Of a stretch of 64,000 nucleotides of DNA, positions 38,332 through 52,285 are shown piece after piece. The translations under genes were made by a program, and so were the position numbers. Location: NCBI RefSeq assembly GCF_964194155.1, contig NC_135881.1, positions 176,080,001 through 176,144,000 of the forward strand, read 5' to 3'. The notes beneath the pieces are model-generated. The model searched no databases and had not been told where the DNA came from. It saw nothing but the letters and a program-made list of their open reading frames with translations. Position 1 is the stretch's first letter, and each line of letters begins with the position of its first letter. Origin of the DNA: Cetorhinus maximus (Eukaryota).

Positions 38332-40009
38332 GTGAGAACCATTTAGTGTACAGTCTTCCCAGCTGACATCACTAATGAACTGGTGGTCCTCATGCCATTA
38401 TCTTGCCAGGCTGCTTTTCACTGATTTGGGTTGCAGAAACAGTAATCAGCTGACCATATTATAGGTCATCTTTGCCTGAGGTACACCTGTTCCTGCAATG
38501 CCACTTGGTTGCCTGTGAGAAATTGCAAGTAGATTAGATTGGAAAGGATGGAGCTGCAGGTTGAATGTGGGTTTATGTTAGGTTACTGCAATGTGAAGTC
38601 ACGTATATTACACTGCCACTTATTAGCATGATGGATACATGTGGAACGTTTGACCCACCCACTGGTTTTAATGTACAATAGACATTTTGCCTCTGCAAGT
38701 TGGTGTTTCCAGTTTCCCTCTTTGGGATTCTCGCAGTGACCTTTGATAGAAAAGAAACATAATTATAGAAACAAAACATAATTATAAAAGATCCTTCCAA
38801 TACTAGAGTGGAAAGAGGTCAGTCAGGGAAAAGATGAGATTCAGTAAAGATGCTAAAACACTCAACCAGAGATGAACACCAAAAGTTAATATATTCTGAA
38901 TGATTTGTACCTCAGGTATTTGCAAATGAAGATTGAGCAGCATGCCCTTCTCCAACTAAAGTTAACCAAAGCAAATCTAAAGAATCATAGAATCTTACAG
39001 CACAAATAAGACTATTTTGCCCATTGTGCCTGTCAACTTGCCCTTCCTTCCTTCCTTTTTTACCTTTTTCTTTTGTTTCTTTCTCGCTTGGGACAGGTGA
39101 TGGGTGGTTTGGAAAGGGGAAGTGGTGGGTGCAAGAAAATATGGCCCACGGTCCTCAGCAACTCACTTCAAATGCCCATCATCATTCTCGCAATATGTTT
39201 GCCTTGCTTCCTCACTCATCCATCCCATCACTTCTCATATGCCTTCAGCCTGCCACTAACTCCTCCACTTCCTAACAGCCCTATAGAAACAATCTGTGGA
39301 GCCCCTGGTTCCTCCCCTCCCCTTGCTTCCTTGTTGCTTCCTGTTTCATTTACACTAACCATACACCAGAGCCTGCAGTTTCACCTTTCGTTGACTCCAC
39401 AGCCTCTTTCCACCTATTAGTATCTCCTCTCCTCCATAACTAGATCTACTTCTGCCCATACCCAGGCCCCTTCCCTAAACCATGCGATGCCTTTAACAAC
39501 CTAAAAGGACAAACTCCTTGCTTTTGCCCATTCCATTAATTTTTGTGTTTCTTAGAAATGCATTAGGGGTAAGTTCTATTCCTCATCTATTTGTGCTTAG
39601 CCCCATTCCTAATACAAAAATAATCACACAGTGACAGCCCACGTCTCCTTCTGTCATGCATGCACCCACTCTGATTAATAGGGACTGAAATTGAACATAC
39701 ACCTCATAGTTCAATAACTTGCTCTGACCCTATCTATCCTGACATGGTTGTCATGTAATCTTTGTGTTATATGTTACAATAGCAATAGATGGCAATGTTG
39801 AGACGACATGCACTCCAATACTACTGGAGTGTGGGTGATGTTTATTTCTTATCTGCAAAAAATAAGACAATTTTATATTGTAATGAACATCACATCTTAC
39901 CAGAATAATACCTATATATATCTTCTCCAAAGAAGCTTTAATTCTTTACACAGGCCCTTTGATGCTTCTTAAATTCCATTAACCTGACATCTCTGCTTAT
40001 TTAGGATTC

Positions 40010-41050
40010 CAATGAATCGTGGAATGGTTACAGCACAGGAGGAGGCCATTTGGCCTAGCATGATCATGCTGGTTCTCTGCAAGAGCAAATCAGCTAGTCC
40101 CATTCCCCAGATCTTTCCCTGCAGACCTGAAATTTTTTTTCATTTCAGGTACTTATCCAATTCCCTTGTGAAAGCTATGATTGAATCTGCCTCTGCCACA
40201 CACTCAGGCAGTGCATTCTAGACCCTATCCACTTGCTGCATAAAAGAAAATTTTTCCTCATGTGGCTATTGTTTCTCTTGCCAATCACCTTAAATCAGTC
40301 TCCTCTGTTTCTTGATCCTTCCAGCAATGGGAACAGTTTCTCTCTATCTACTCTGTCCAAAACTTTTATGATTTTGAACACCTCTATCAAATACCATCTC
40401 AACCCTCTCTTTAAGCTTTTCCAATTTATCCATATAACCAAAGTCCTTTATACCTGGAACCATTCTCATAAATCTTTCCTGCACCCTCTTTAAAGGTGTC
40501 ACATCTTTCCTAAAGTGTGGTGCTCAGAATTGGACATAATACTTAGTTGAGGCCAAATCAGTGTTTTATAAACATTCATCATAACGTCCTTGCTTTTGTA
40601 CTCAATGCCTCTATTTATAAAGCCTAGGATCCCGCATATGCTTTCAACCACTTCCTTATCGTACTCTGGTAACTTCATCAATTTATGTGCACATACACCT
40701 TCAGATCTCTCTGTTTCTGCACCCCCTTTAGAATTGGACCCTTTATTTTATATCACCTCTCCTTGTTCTTCCTACCAAAATTTATCACTTCACAAATTTC
40801 TTTATGAAATTTCATCTGCCATATGTTTGTCCATTTCAACAACCTGTATATGTCCTCTTGAAGTGTATCACAGTACTTCTGAGTTCTGTGTCATCTGCAA
40901 ATTTTGAAATTGGGCCTTGTACATCCAAGCCTAGGATGTTAGTATATATTAAGAAAAGCAATGGTCCTGGTACCAATCCCCTGGGAACTCCACTATATAC
41001 CTTCTTCCAGTTTGATAAGTAACTGTTCACCATCACTCTCTGCTTTCTGA
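40010..41050 (-). mobile_element. CR1 LINE 3' fragment
   Basis: SGVPRGLVPGPLLFLIY..ISKFADDT and LGFINRGIEYKSK motifs. Confidence 0.85.
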
Positions 41051-41639
41051 AAAAAGGTTACAGATTGATCTTGCTGATCTGAAACAAATGCTGGAGAGAA
41101 AGGAAATCTCTAAAATTAAATAGGTGGATGCAAGTCATCCACTGTCTGATTGTTTTACAAAATGAAATGCATATACGAATAAATTGTTAGAGGTCCTAAA
41201 GGAGGGGTATCTTACAATGTAATGCTTTACGGCTAATGGAGGTTTTTGATTTAATTTGTTCTGAAATTTTGGTTGTGCACATAAGCACTAATTTTTATTT
41301 AAAGTTAGGCAAGGGAATCTGTTAATTGTATATTAATTGTGTGCAGGTGGTGGGCATTTACTGGACAGAAAAAAAAATAGACATTGACTAAAACTATATT
41401 TGTAGGATGGTTACAGCACAGAAAGAGGCTATTCAGCCTGTTGAGTCCATGTTCACTCTCTGCAAGAGCAATTCAGCTAATGCCTCTCCCCCGGCACTTT
41501 CCCCGTGATGCTGCAAATTTTATTGTGGCTTTTGTTTGAGGATGTTTATGCTTGTAATGTACGACTCTGTAAATAACTATAAACATGCGTAGAGATTGGC
41601 TCCAGTTCTATCCTTTACCAGCTAGCTTTCTGGAATAGA

Positions 41640-42180
41640 ACATCCACCATCATGGAGGTTGCCCTCAGTGTGAAAACAGGATGTCCTCTTTCTGAGGACT
41701 GCACAGTGGTCACACTTACCAATGTCATGAACAAATGCATCTGCGACAGGTAGAATGGTGAGGGTGAGCCCAAGCAGAGCTATGTCCTTCAGGACTTGGC
41801 CAGCCTGGTTAGTAGTGTTGCTACTGAGCCACTTTGTGTCCTTGCTACCTTTGATGCTTCTTCCAAATAGTGTTCAGCACAGAGGAGTACTAGCTCATCA
41901 GCTGAGGGAGGGTGGCCGGTGATAATCAATATGAGGTTTCCTTGCATGAGAATTCATGGGGTCTATTTTTGATGTGGAAGATTCCTTGGGTCACTCCCTC
42001 CCAACTGTATACCACTGTGCCCCTACCTCTGTTGTATCTGTCTTGCCAATGGGACATGATGTACCTAGGGACGGTGATGGAGGAGTCTGGGACATTGTCT
42101 GAAAGGTACATTTCTGTGAGTATGACTATTTCCAGCTGTAGCTTGACTAGTCTGTGGATCAGCTCTCCTAATGTTGGCAC
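41640..42180 (-). mobile_element. CR1-superfamily LINE endonuclease-region fragment
   Basis: IVILTEMYLS...SHWQDR..RGRGTVVY resembles an APE endonuclease motif. Confidence 0.6.
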
Positions 42181-42596
42181 ATTCTGAACAAGTTGAATTA
42201 TGAATATTAAGGTGAATAAATTAGTGAACATTGTAATTGTATCATTACACAGCATAAAACGGCATGTCTTCTAACTCACTGAGAGTAATGGCATGAGATC
42301 TGCTATCTATAACTGCTGCTGCTGCATAAAACCCAGAAATTGGTAATAAATTCAGTATCATTATACATATATTTATGTGCAATTCAACAATGTTAACCCT
42401 GATCAGTAAGATACTAATGCATTGAATGCTACAAATCAGTAATAGAATAAATATAAAACGTATCCCCAGTAATGTCTAGTAAAGTTTAAAACCTTCATTA
42501 TAACTTGTGGAACTGATAAGCTACTTAATAAAACCACGTTGTCAATCTGGTCAATCAGCATCAACCGTGAAACAATTTTCTTTCTTTTGTTTTCAG

Positions 42597-42710
42597 GACC
42601 CCCGGCTCTTCTGGTTGATAACTGGAATAATGTTTCTAGGGAGTGGGCTAATGTGGCGACGCTTACTATCCTTTCTGGGTCGACATCTTGAGCCTCCAGC
42701 ACCTCCGCCG
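42597..42710 (+). CDS. MRS2: MRS2 exon 10 (114 nt; TM2)
   Basis: ttcag| DPRLFWLITGIMFLGSGLMWRRLLSFLGRHLEPPAPPP |gtatgt. Confidence 0.97.
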
Positions 42711-43733
42711 GTATGTTTCACTTCTAGTTATATAATTTAACAAGGGTCCATTTAGCTTGTTATGCCTGTGTCAGCATTTTGAAAGAGCTCACCAATTAAT
42801 CACATGTACCCCTGCGCTTTCCTCATTTCCTTGCAAATTCATCCTTTTCATGTACTATATATATTCAATTCCCTCTTGGCAGCTTGCTGATCAAAATGCA
42901 AGTGTTTGCTATGTAAAAATATTTAAATACAAATTGTTTAAGTGAATTATAAAATTTAATTTCACATCCAGACTTGTTGACAAGAAAAATAATCTGTCTC
43001 TGATGCATAACTCTTTACTAAGTTGCTTTGTTATACGTCCTTGAGATATGAGCATCGCTAGCAAGGAAATCCTTAGTAGCCCTTGAGAATATGGTGATGA
43101 CCCGCCTTCTTAAACTGCTGCTGTTCCTGTAGTGCAATGAATTTGACGGGTTATGAAATTTGCATTTAGCGTGTTGAGTTTTAACCATTGCTGTTCTTAT
43201 TTAAATCATTCAGGTATGAAGTTTTTTTTTCTTTTGGTAAATTCTTTTGATTACGTTCATGGGTGTGAGTGCAATAATATAGAAGATTTGAACTATTTGT
43301 GATACGTATCAACATCAAGCATTTCAAGTCATTTGCACCATAGATTAAATTCAGTTTAAAGTTTCCTTTACAAGTTCCCAATGATGTGCCTTATCCCTAA
43401 CTCAGCAGAGTGCACTACAATGCATTAATGTTGATTTTAACCATTATCAGTGAGGACTCCTTAACCTGGTACTGAATTCTGAGCAGCAGAGTTTCATGGG
43501 CTTATAATTCTATGACCTAGATTAAGTACTTGTCAAGTGTGTAATAATCCACTAGGCCACACACTTTTCCCTGGCGTTAAGAGTTTTAATTAGATAACTA
43601 CATCATGGCAATTTAATTGATGGTCAGCGCAAATTTGCAGCATTAGAAGGAAAGGAATTTGATTAAGGTTGATTAAAATCATCTAATTGTGAATTAATCA
43701 GAAACTTCTTTGTCTTGTTTTGCGTTGCTCTAG

Positions 43734-43802
43734 ATGCCATCCATCCTGAAAAGATCACAGCTGACTGGTGGAAGAATAGACCTGAGACATGGCTCCAAAT
43801 GA
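43734..43802 (+). CDS. MRS2: MRS2 exon 11, terminal coding part
   Basis: Polypyrimidine tract plus tag| MPSILKRSQLTGGRIDLRHGSK*; joined CDS is 1320 nt (439 aa). Confidence 0.85.
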   Translation: MPSILKRSQLTGGRIDLRHGSK

Positions 43803-44555
43803 ACTTGCAGCTTTGCCAGAACGCTCATAACTGTCTGTGCAAGCAGCATATAGTAGCACAGCACTAGAAATATAATTCACACACAATACTTGCAAAGCCT
43901 TCCACAAGCACCAATTTGATTTTTGAAACATAACTTATGTATTGTGGATCAAAGGGCCAATGCTCTGAGGACTCGTACAAATCCACAGTAAGCGCAGTCA
44001 GCCTCAACTTCTTGTGGCATTAGAGCATAAAGCCTATGATGACATAAGTCATGAGGCAGTTGAAAAAATGAATTTCACAAGCAATAATAATGTGCTGTCC
44101 GCACTGAAGTTAGTTGTCTAAGGGTTAATATTTTTTGTCATCTATTCCTTGTGTTAAAAGCAACATGACGTCTACACCTTATTTATTTTTTCATAATTCA
44201 TTATCCAACACAGAAGTGCCTTGGTGGTAGTAAGTGTGGCCTTTGGCACCTCCTGTATCACCATTCTTTACCTAAGAGTTGTGGATAGATGATGTACACT
44301 CCAATGTTTGCCAGTCCTGCTGTATAGCAGCTAGGAGACATCTACAATTGACTTTGGGAGATACTAGCCATTTCACAAAGCCCCCCCCCCCCGACCCAAC
44401 TCCCATTTGATCTTGTCCCCGCTCTGAGAATCAATTAGTTTTTGGAATTTGATGCAGGAAGAATGGTGGCACAGGTTGTGTATATATTGCAGTGTCCTGG
44501 TTGTTGAAGAATGACTAATATTGCTCTTTTTAAAAAAAATCTGTTGTACAGTATG

Positions 44556-44561
44556 AATAAA
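44556..44561 (+). terminator. Candidate MRS2 polyadenylation signal
   Basis: First AATAAA I see after the stop codon (~750 nt downstream), before the repeats resume. Confidence 0.5.
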
Positions 44562-44779
44562 ATTTAAACTCGAGAGAAATATTTCCCTACATCTATGCTA
44601 AATGTAAACATTCAATATCAAGTAGCTTTATATCATCAGAGGCTATATGCAAATGCTATTTCCAAAAGCATAAAACTCTAGTCAAAATTAATGACTATTA
44701 ATGCACCACTCTTGAGTGTTTGGCCTATTTTATCCAGTCAGTGAGTATTTTGACACTAATCATGATGTAGTTATGTGCA

Positions 44780-46240
44780 CTAGTACAACACAGGAGACCA
44801 TTTGACCCATTATGTTTGTATTGGCTCTTTGACAGCTATCCTCTTAGTCCCACTCCCCTGCTCTTGCCCCATAGCCGATTTTATCCCCTTCAAGTATTCA
44901 TCCAGTTCTCTTTTCAAGTTACTATTAAATCTGCTTCTGCTACCATTTCGGGCAGTGCTTTGGAGGTTAAAATAATTCGCAGCAAAAAATGGTTCTCCTC
45001 ATCTCACCTCTGGCTCTTGAATCTGTGTCCTGTGGTTACTGACTTTAGCAAATGGAAATAGCTTTTCCTTACTGTATCAAAACCCTTCATGAATATGAAT
45101 ATCTCACTTAAATTTCCCCTTAACCGTCTCTGCTCTAAGGAGAACAATCCCAGCTTCTCTAGTTTATTCACATAATTGAAATCCCTCATCTCTGATACCA
45201 TTCTAATAAATCACCTCTGCACTCTCCAAAAATCTTGACACCCTTGCTAAGGTTTGTTGACCATAATTGGTCACATACTCCAACTGAGGCCTAACCAGTG
45301 ATTTATAAAGGTTTGGCACAATTTCCTTGCTCTTGTACTCTATGCCTCTATTAAGAAATCCAAAGATCCTGGATACCTTTTTAAACAGCCGACTTGCTGC
45401 CGCCTTCAAAGATTATGTAAACTTCCATTCTCTCTGTTCGTGAATCCCCTTTAAAATGGTACTATTTAGTTCATATTGCTTCTCATTTTCCCTTCCAAAA
45501 TGTATCAGTAGAGCGGAGGACTATAGAAAACTTCACACTTCTCTGCAGTAAATTTTATCTACCATGTGGCTGCCCATTTCACCAGTCTATCTCTCCTGAA
45601 ATTTGCTGCTATCCTCTTTACTCCTTAATACCTTTCTAAGTTTCAAGTCATCTGCAAACTTTTAAGTTATAGTTTGTGGCCACAAGCCTGCGTCATTGAT
45701 AAATATCAACTCCTAGTGGACACCACGGTATGCTTCCCTCCAGTCTGAAAAACAACTGCTCACCGCTACTCTGCTTTCTGTCCCTCAGCCAATTTTGTAT
45801 CCATTGCTGCCACTGCCCCTTTAATCCCATGAGTTTTAATTTTGCTAACAAGTCTATTGGGCCTTTTGAAAATCTACATAGACAACATCAACTGCACAAC
45901 CCTCAGCAAATGTCTCTGTTACTTCATCAAAGAACTCAATCAAGTTAGTCAAATGCAATTTTATTTTAATAAATCCCTGCTAACTGTCATTGATTAAACC
46001 CAAGTTTTTCCAAGTGACAATTAATCTTGTCTCCGATTATTATGTCAGAAAGTTTCCACATCACCTATGTTAGACTGACTAGCCTTTAGTTCCCTGGCTT
46101 ATCCCCCTCTGCTTTTTTGAACAGGGGTATAACATTTGCAACCCACCATTCTCTGGCACACTGGAAGATTATAGCCAGATCTTCTGCCATTTCCAGCCTT
46201 GTTACTCTCAACAATCTTAAGTACATCCTATCCAGAGTGG
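44780..46240 (-). mobile_element. Decayed CR1 LINE
   Basis: GFLNRGIEYKSK..SLVRPQLEY and LEKLGLFSLEQRRLRG motifs. Confidence 0.85.
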
Positions 46241-46809
46241 GGAATGTTCTACTTTGAGTGTTACCAATGTTTTAAGTACTTCCTCTTTATCTATTTTTAT
46301 TCTGTCCACTTTCTCGACCAGAGTAATTTTTTTGCTATTGTACCTGTGTTTTTCACTTGTTGGTCTCTGTCAGAAGATTTCATGGCCGTGTGGAGTTTTG
46401 GGGTGGGTGGGGGGCAGGGTCATGTCTGGTCATGATGCTTCAGCTATTTGACTAAAGAATTAGTGATTAAACCAGCCTGTGCATCTGCAATCCTAATTCA
46501 TGAAATTTTTACTCCTGTCAGGCACAGTATAGGTGTACAAAATTGTCACTTCAGATTTCAGTAAATTGTGATAGTGTGAATGTGAAATTTTCATGGTTTC
46601 CATTCAACTTCTGACATTTGAAACGCTGTCATCTTGCTGATCCAACCTTGGGTCATGGCTGAAGGAGCTTGAAGGGCCAAATGCCCTAATGCTGCTTCTA
46701 AGCCCTGTTTTCCAATGAAAGCATATTGAATTGTGTGGCAATGGTAAGAGCAATTTTGAAACAGTGTATAATACAACATAGTAATAGTGCAACAGTGGAT
46801 TCAGCCCCA

Positions 46810-47340
46810 TGTATACAAATCCTTGCAAACTAGTGAACAGCTACAAAAAAGAATCAAAAGCACAAATTGATGTTGACTTTATCTCAAGAGGGCTGGAATA
46901 TAAAGGGAAACAATTATGCTTCTGTAACTAAAGCCACAGTCAGACCCTATCTGGAGCACTGTGTTCAGTTTGAGGCACCGCATCTCAGGAAGGATATTAG
47001 CCTTGGAAGGGTGACAGTGCAGATTCACCAGAATGACCCTGGGGGCTTATAAGTTTAAATTACAAAGTTAAATTGCATAAATGGCATGTATTCCCTTGAA
47101 CATAGAACATTTGAGATGTGATCTAATCAACGTGTATAAAATGATAAAAGGATTCAATGAGGTAGATAAAGAGAAACTACTTTCTCTGCTGATTGAATTC
47201 AGAACTAGGATGCATATCTTAAAATTAGAGCTAAAATGTTCAGGAGTGAAATCAGGAAGTGTGTTTTCACACAAAGTGTAGTAGAAATCTGGAATCTCTT
47301 CCAAGAAATGTTGTGCACCCTAGGTCAATTGGAACTTTCA
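46810..47340 (+). mobile_element. Decayed CR1 LINE 3' fragment
   Basis: VRPYLEHCVQF..PHLRKDI and LRCDLINVYKMIKG motifs. Confidence 0.8.
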
Positions 47341-47579
47341 AGCCATAGAAATAATGAAAATGTTGAATGTGAACATGTTGAGAAGTATTTCAAAAATAAG
47401 ATTTTGACATCCATCTTCATTCTTCATAATGCCTGTATCATCTTTTTATTAATCTGAATAAAATCTCAGCTCTGAGTGTCTAACTCTACAGTATGTCACA
47501 GTATTAATTGGGTTTGAAAGACTTTCGGGCATTTAAAAGGCAATTTGTTCCAGTACAGCTACAACGCTGACTCTTATCC

Positions 47580-47858
47580 ACCGCCCAACTGTCTGCCCCC
47601 CTTTAGTGACTAGGTTCGCGGCCGGGTGTCCCTGGAGAGGGAGCACACAGTGGCTGCCGGCACCATTGAGGCCTTCTGTGCTCGGTGTGACCGCGGGGAC
47701 TGGGGTGCTTTATAGACCCCTTTGATCACATTTTGATTCGATGTCTGTAAGTTTTCTTTGAATCTTGTCTTTTGTTTTCACAGTTTCCTTTTAAGGGGTT
47801 GCTTTTTAATTTGTTCCTGATTTTGTTAATTTAGTTTATTTGTTTGTAACCAAAAAGA
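47580..47858 (+). mobile_element. Tx1-like LINE 3' end
   Basis: VRGRVSLEREHTVAAGTIEAFCAR-type ORF2 terminus, T-rich 3' UTR and short A tail. Confidence 0.5.
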
Positions 47859-49917
47859 GTTACAACACTTGCATCTACCCGGCTATGTGGAAAATTGCCC
47901 AGGTAAGTCCTGTACACAAAAAGCAGGACAAATCCAACCCGGCCAATTACCACCCCATCAGTCCACTCTTGGTCATCAGTAAAGTGATGGAAGGGGTCAT
48001 CAACTGTGCTATCAAGCGGCACTTGCTTAGAAATAACCTGCTCACTGAAGCTCAATTTGGATTGCTCCAGAATCACTCAGCTCCTGACCTCATTACAGCC
48101 TTGGTTCAAACCTGGACAAAAGAGCTAAACTCCAGGGGCTGAATTTTTTGCTTGTCGGGTGGGCGGGCCCGACCCAATCTCTGGCGGGCGGGGAGCTGAT
48201 CCCTGCTGGAGAAGTGGGCTCCGCCGCCATTTTAAGTGGGCAGGCCAATTAAGGCCCGCCCATCATTATGTCCGCTGGGAAGCACTATGCGCTTCCTGTG
48301 CAGGCGGGGGTAGGGGGGATTCCCCAAATGAGAGACTGCGCTCTTTCGCACATGCATGCGAAAGAGTTCACATCTCCCTGTGGCTAAGTGCTGCCTCAGG
48401 GAGATCGCTGAAAGGTTTTCAAACTCTCAAAATAGAAAAATTAAAAAATTATTAACATGTCCCCCTCATGTGACAATGCCACACGAGATGGGACATGTTA
48501 ATACATTTCACAACAATTTTAATAAACTTTTTTAAACCCTACATGAAACCTCATCCCGCCGGTAGATGAGGTTTCATGTTTTTTCAGAAGCCCGCCAGGG
48601 CTCCTGGCCTGCCCGCCAGCCTTAAGGTTGGACGGGCAGGTCCTTTAATTTTTTAATTATCATGTCAATGGCCTCAATTGGCCATTGATAGGTGGGCGGG
48701 TGAACAGCTGATCGCGCTGTGCCCCTGCTCGCCGACGGAAAAATTCAGCCCCAGAGGTGAGGTGAGAGTGACTGCCCTTGACATCAAGGCAACATTTAAC
48801 CAAGTGTGGCATCAAGGAGCCTAGCAAAACCGCAGACAATGGGAATCAGGGGGAAAACACTCCACTGGTTGGACTCAAACTTAGCACAAAGGAAAATGGT
48901 TGTGGTTGTTGGAGGTCAATCATCTCTATTCCAGGACACCACTGGTGGACTTCCTCAGGGTAGTGTCCACGGCCCAACCATCTTCAGCTGCTTCATCAAC
49001 AACCTTCCTTCTGTCATAAAGTCAGAAATGGGGATGTTCCCTGAGGGTTGCACAATGTTCAGCACCATTCGCAACTCCTCAGATACTGAAGCAGTCTATG
49101 TCCAAATTCAGCAAGACCTGGAAAATATCCAGGCCTGGGTTGATGTGGAAAATAATGCCACACAATTGCCAGGCAATGACCATCTCCAACAAGAGAGAAT
49201 CTAACCATCATCCCTTGACATTCAATGGCATTACCATCGCTGAATCCCCACTATCAACGTCCTGAGGGTTACCATTGACCAGAAGCTGAACTGAACTAGC
49301 TATATAAATACTGTGGCTACAAGAGCAGGTCAGAGGCTAGGAATCATGTGATGAGTAACTCACCTCTCTCCCCAAAGCCTATCCTCCATCTACAAGGCAC
49401 AAGTCAGGAGTGTGTTGGAATACTCCCCACTTGCCTGGGTGAGTGTAGCTCCCAAAACACTCAAGAAGCTTGACACCGTCCAGGACAAAGCAGCCCACTT
49501 GATTCGCACCCCATCCACAAACATTCACTCCCTCCACCACTGACACACAGTGGCAAAAGTGTCTACTGTCTACAAGATGCACTGCAGGAACTCACCAAGC
49601 CTTCTTAGACAGCACCTTCCAAACCCACGATCACTACCATCTAGAATGACAAGGACAGCAGACACATGGGAACACCACCTGGAAGTTCCCCTCCAAGCCA
49701 CACATCATCCTGACTTGGAAATATATTCCCATTCCTTCACTGTTGCTCAATCAAAATCTTGGAACTCCCTCCCTAACAGCACTATTGGTGTACCTACACC
49801 ACATGGACTGCAACAGTTCAAGAAGGCATCTCACCAACACCTTCTCAAGGGCGATTATGAATGGGCAATAAATGCTGGCCGAGCCAGCAATGCCCACATC
49901 CCTCAAATGAATAAAAC
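47859..49917 (+). mobile_element. 5'-truncated CR1-superfamily LINE interrupted by a MITE
   Basis: WKIAQVSPVHKKQDKSNPANYHPIS, QFG..HSAPDLITALV and GLPQGSVHGP motifs; same 3' tail as 12406-13725. Confidence 0.9.
48136..48751. mobile_element. Harbinger-like MITE (616 bp) with CAG TSD
   Basis: 13-bp TIR GGGCTGAATTTTT / AAAAATTCAGCCC; CAG duplicated (48133-48135, 48752-48754); removal restores the LINE peptide ELNSRGEVRV. Confidence 0.9.
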
Positions 49918-50745
49918 TAATGTTCAATGGTCAAATAGTCCTTTCAATTGTTAACTGCTTACTATTAGTTTAATGCAATGTCCATTTTCTCTGGCCATTG
50001 TGAGTAGGTAATGGCAGTTTGAGCTTTATTTTTCTTACAAAAATCCCACACAGTGTAGCATTGTTTGATTTTTGAGGGGCCAGCAACTGTGTCCTCCATT
50101 AAATAGCTGATTGGTAGTTAAAAGGCATGTGCACTTCAGTCAGCTGGAGTGACTTGGAACATTGAGAAAACATTTACAGTAATGATTTATCTTTAAATAT
50201 GTTTAGTTATTACTTAATATGGTTTGGAATTTGAACTAAATCTCTATGCATCATGTACAGTGTAATACCATAAATCAAAACTGATGGGACCGTTACCTTA
50301 CATATATCAATAGATTCCTTACTTCTTAATGCTAGCTAGTCCCCTTATGAATACTGTTTGTTGGTTACATTCTTTCTTGCTACTGCCATTATGATGTTTC
50401 TGGTTAACACAACTACTCCATCATTGTAATGTAGGAAACACATTTGTGGGCTCTGTAAACAGCAAAGAGATAATGAGCTGGCAATTTGTTTTCAGTGATG
50501 TTCAGTGATGATGCTAAACACCATTTAAGACAACAGCGAGCACATCCCTGGTTCTCTGTAATAGTACATTGGGATTCTGAACATCCACCTGAAAGGGCAG
50601 ATGGGATCTCAGTTTAAAGGCTCATTTGAAGGCAGTGACACTCCCTCAGTACCTCACTGAAGTGTCAGCCTAGATTATGTACTTACTCCTGATAGGGGTA
50701 AGGGCTGGAAGGACATCTAATGTCCAAAGTGCTCCTATGTTTGCA

Positions 50746-51543
50746 TGTCATGAAGATATTAATGTATATAATGTTGTTGGAAATTATTTTAAATTGGACT
50801 TGTAATAGGGTCTATGTCTGTGGGTGTGAGTGTGTGTGTTTTGATCGGATTAAAGCCAGCTAGTCTGGGTGCTTTGATGTATAGTAGTTTTGAAATGTTA
50901 AACAGTAAGGTAGAAGGAACATTTCCATTTTGTTGAATAAACCATTCAAAGACTGGGGGTGAAATCTTGCACCTAGCTAGAAGACACCAAGCAATGTTTA
51001 TATTACTAATAAAAGTGGTACTATGAAAGGGGTTTTATTGTTAGAAGAGGTGGAGTTCAAAGGGCCTGGTGATACATTGAGAATTTGCATTCAAAGGGAA
51101 GGCCAGGTATATACAGAAAAGAGTCTTGTGTGTGTGTCAGAGGCATGTAATATCTAAGCAGCCTGTAAGCCCTGCAATTGTCTGTAAAGGAAACAAATTG
51201 AAAGGGACCTCATTTTGAATTTGTAAGATAAAATGTGCTTTGCCTGGTGTCTGTTTAAGTCTATGGGTTCCTGTTGCCTTGGTGAAGGTTTACCTAGGAG
51301 TGATTAATTTGGGGATTTGTTTAAAAGTTATTATGATAATAATTTGTAGATGTGAATGTGTTTAATTCCTTGTTAAATTAATGAATGTTTAATTTAATTT
51401 ATATTAAAAACCTCTGGAGGCTTGGTGGTTTCATTTCTGAATTTAGAGCTGCATCTCAAACATACCAATTGAGAATATTGGTTATGACAGCTGTTTTAAG
51501 TTTCCCTTTGGGATTTTAAATAACTCAACCCTAACCAACTGCT
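50746..51543. mobile_element. Probable solo LTR
   Basis: Starts TGTCATGA and has TTATGACA at 51482-51489; no ORF; right end uncertain and no TSD seen. Confidence 0.4.
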
Positions 51544-52285
51544 GGCTGCATTTTACCAGGCGGCGGCGGGTGGGGGGTGGTGGTGGTGGGCGGAGCGTGG
51601 AAGGAAAGTCAGCTGGCAGCCAACATACCAGAATGAAACCTGCCCCACAGCCAATACACAGATAAATGAGTTGAGAGTGGGACTTCCACCCCTCAGGGAA
51701 GGATGTCCCCACCTCAAGAGCTGCCAGCCAATCTGATGTGTTGGCAGCTAGCGTAGTCCTGGTAGTGGCCAGAGCTCAGTAGAAGGAAGGAGCACGAAGG
51801 AGAGCGATGGCTGCAGCAGAAAGGTAAGTCTCGGACTTTTAGGTTGGGGAGGAATCCAAGAGCCCAAGGAGGGATAGGGAGTGGTGGTGGGGGGTTGGTT
51901 GAAGGGCAGGTGGCGAGGAAGGAAGCAGATGACATTTTGGAGGGGTGGCTCCAAAGCACACAGGGCATCCCCCGCATGAGGTGCCCCTCTTCCCGCTGCT
52001 TTTTATCTAGGCAACAAAAAACAGACTGTCAACTCCTGCCTGCCTTCCCAAGCCAAGCGTATTATGACATGGGGTAGCATATTATCCTGGTCAGTAGGCT
52101 TTTGTACAAGCCTAATTGAAGTTTTAATTATTGATTTAAAAGTGACAGGTGGGCTACCGATTTCAGCACCCGTCGACCTTGTGTATTATGGAGGTCAGCT
52201 TGTGGCGTATTATGGTGGCTGGTGGTGTGCCCCGTCCCCACCCCCACCCCCCAAAACATGCCTGGCAGGGGTCATGAAACTTGAC
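51544..52285. mobile_element. Harbinger-like MITE remnant abutting the ALDH5A1 promoter
   Basis: Left end GGCTGCATTTTAC resembles the other MITE TIRs, and internal motifs resemble 48136-48751; right TIR degenerate. Confidence 0.45.
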
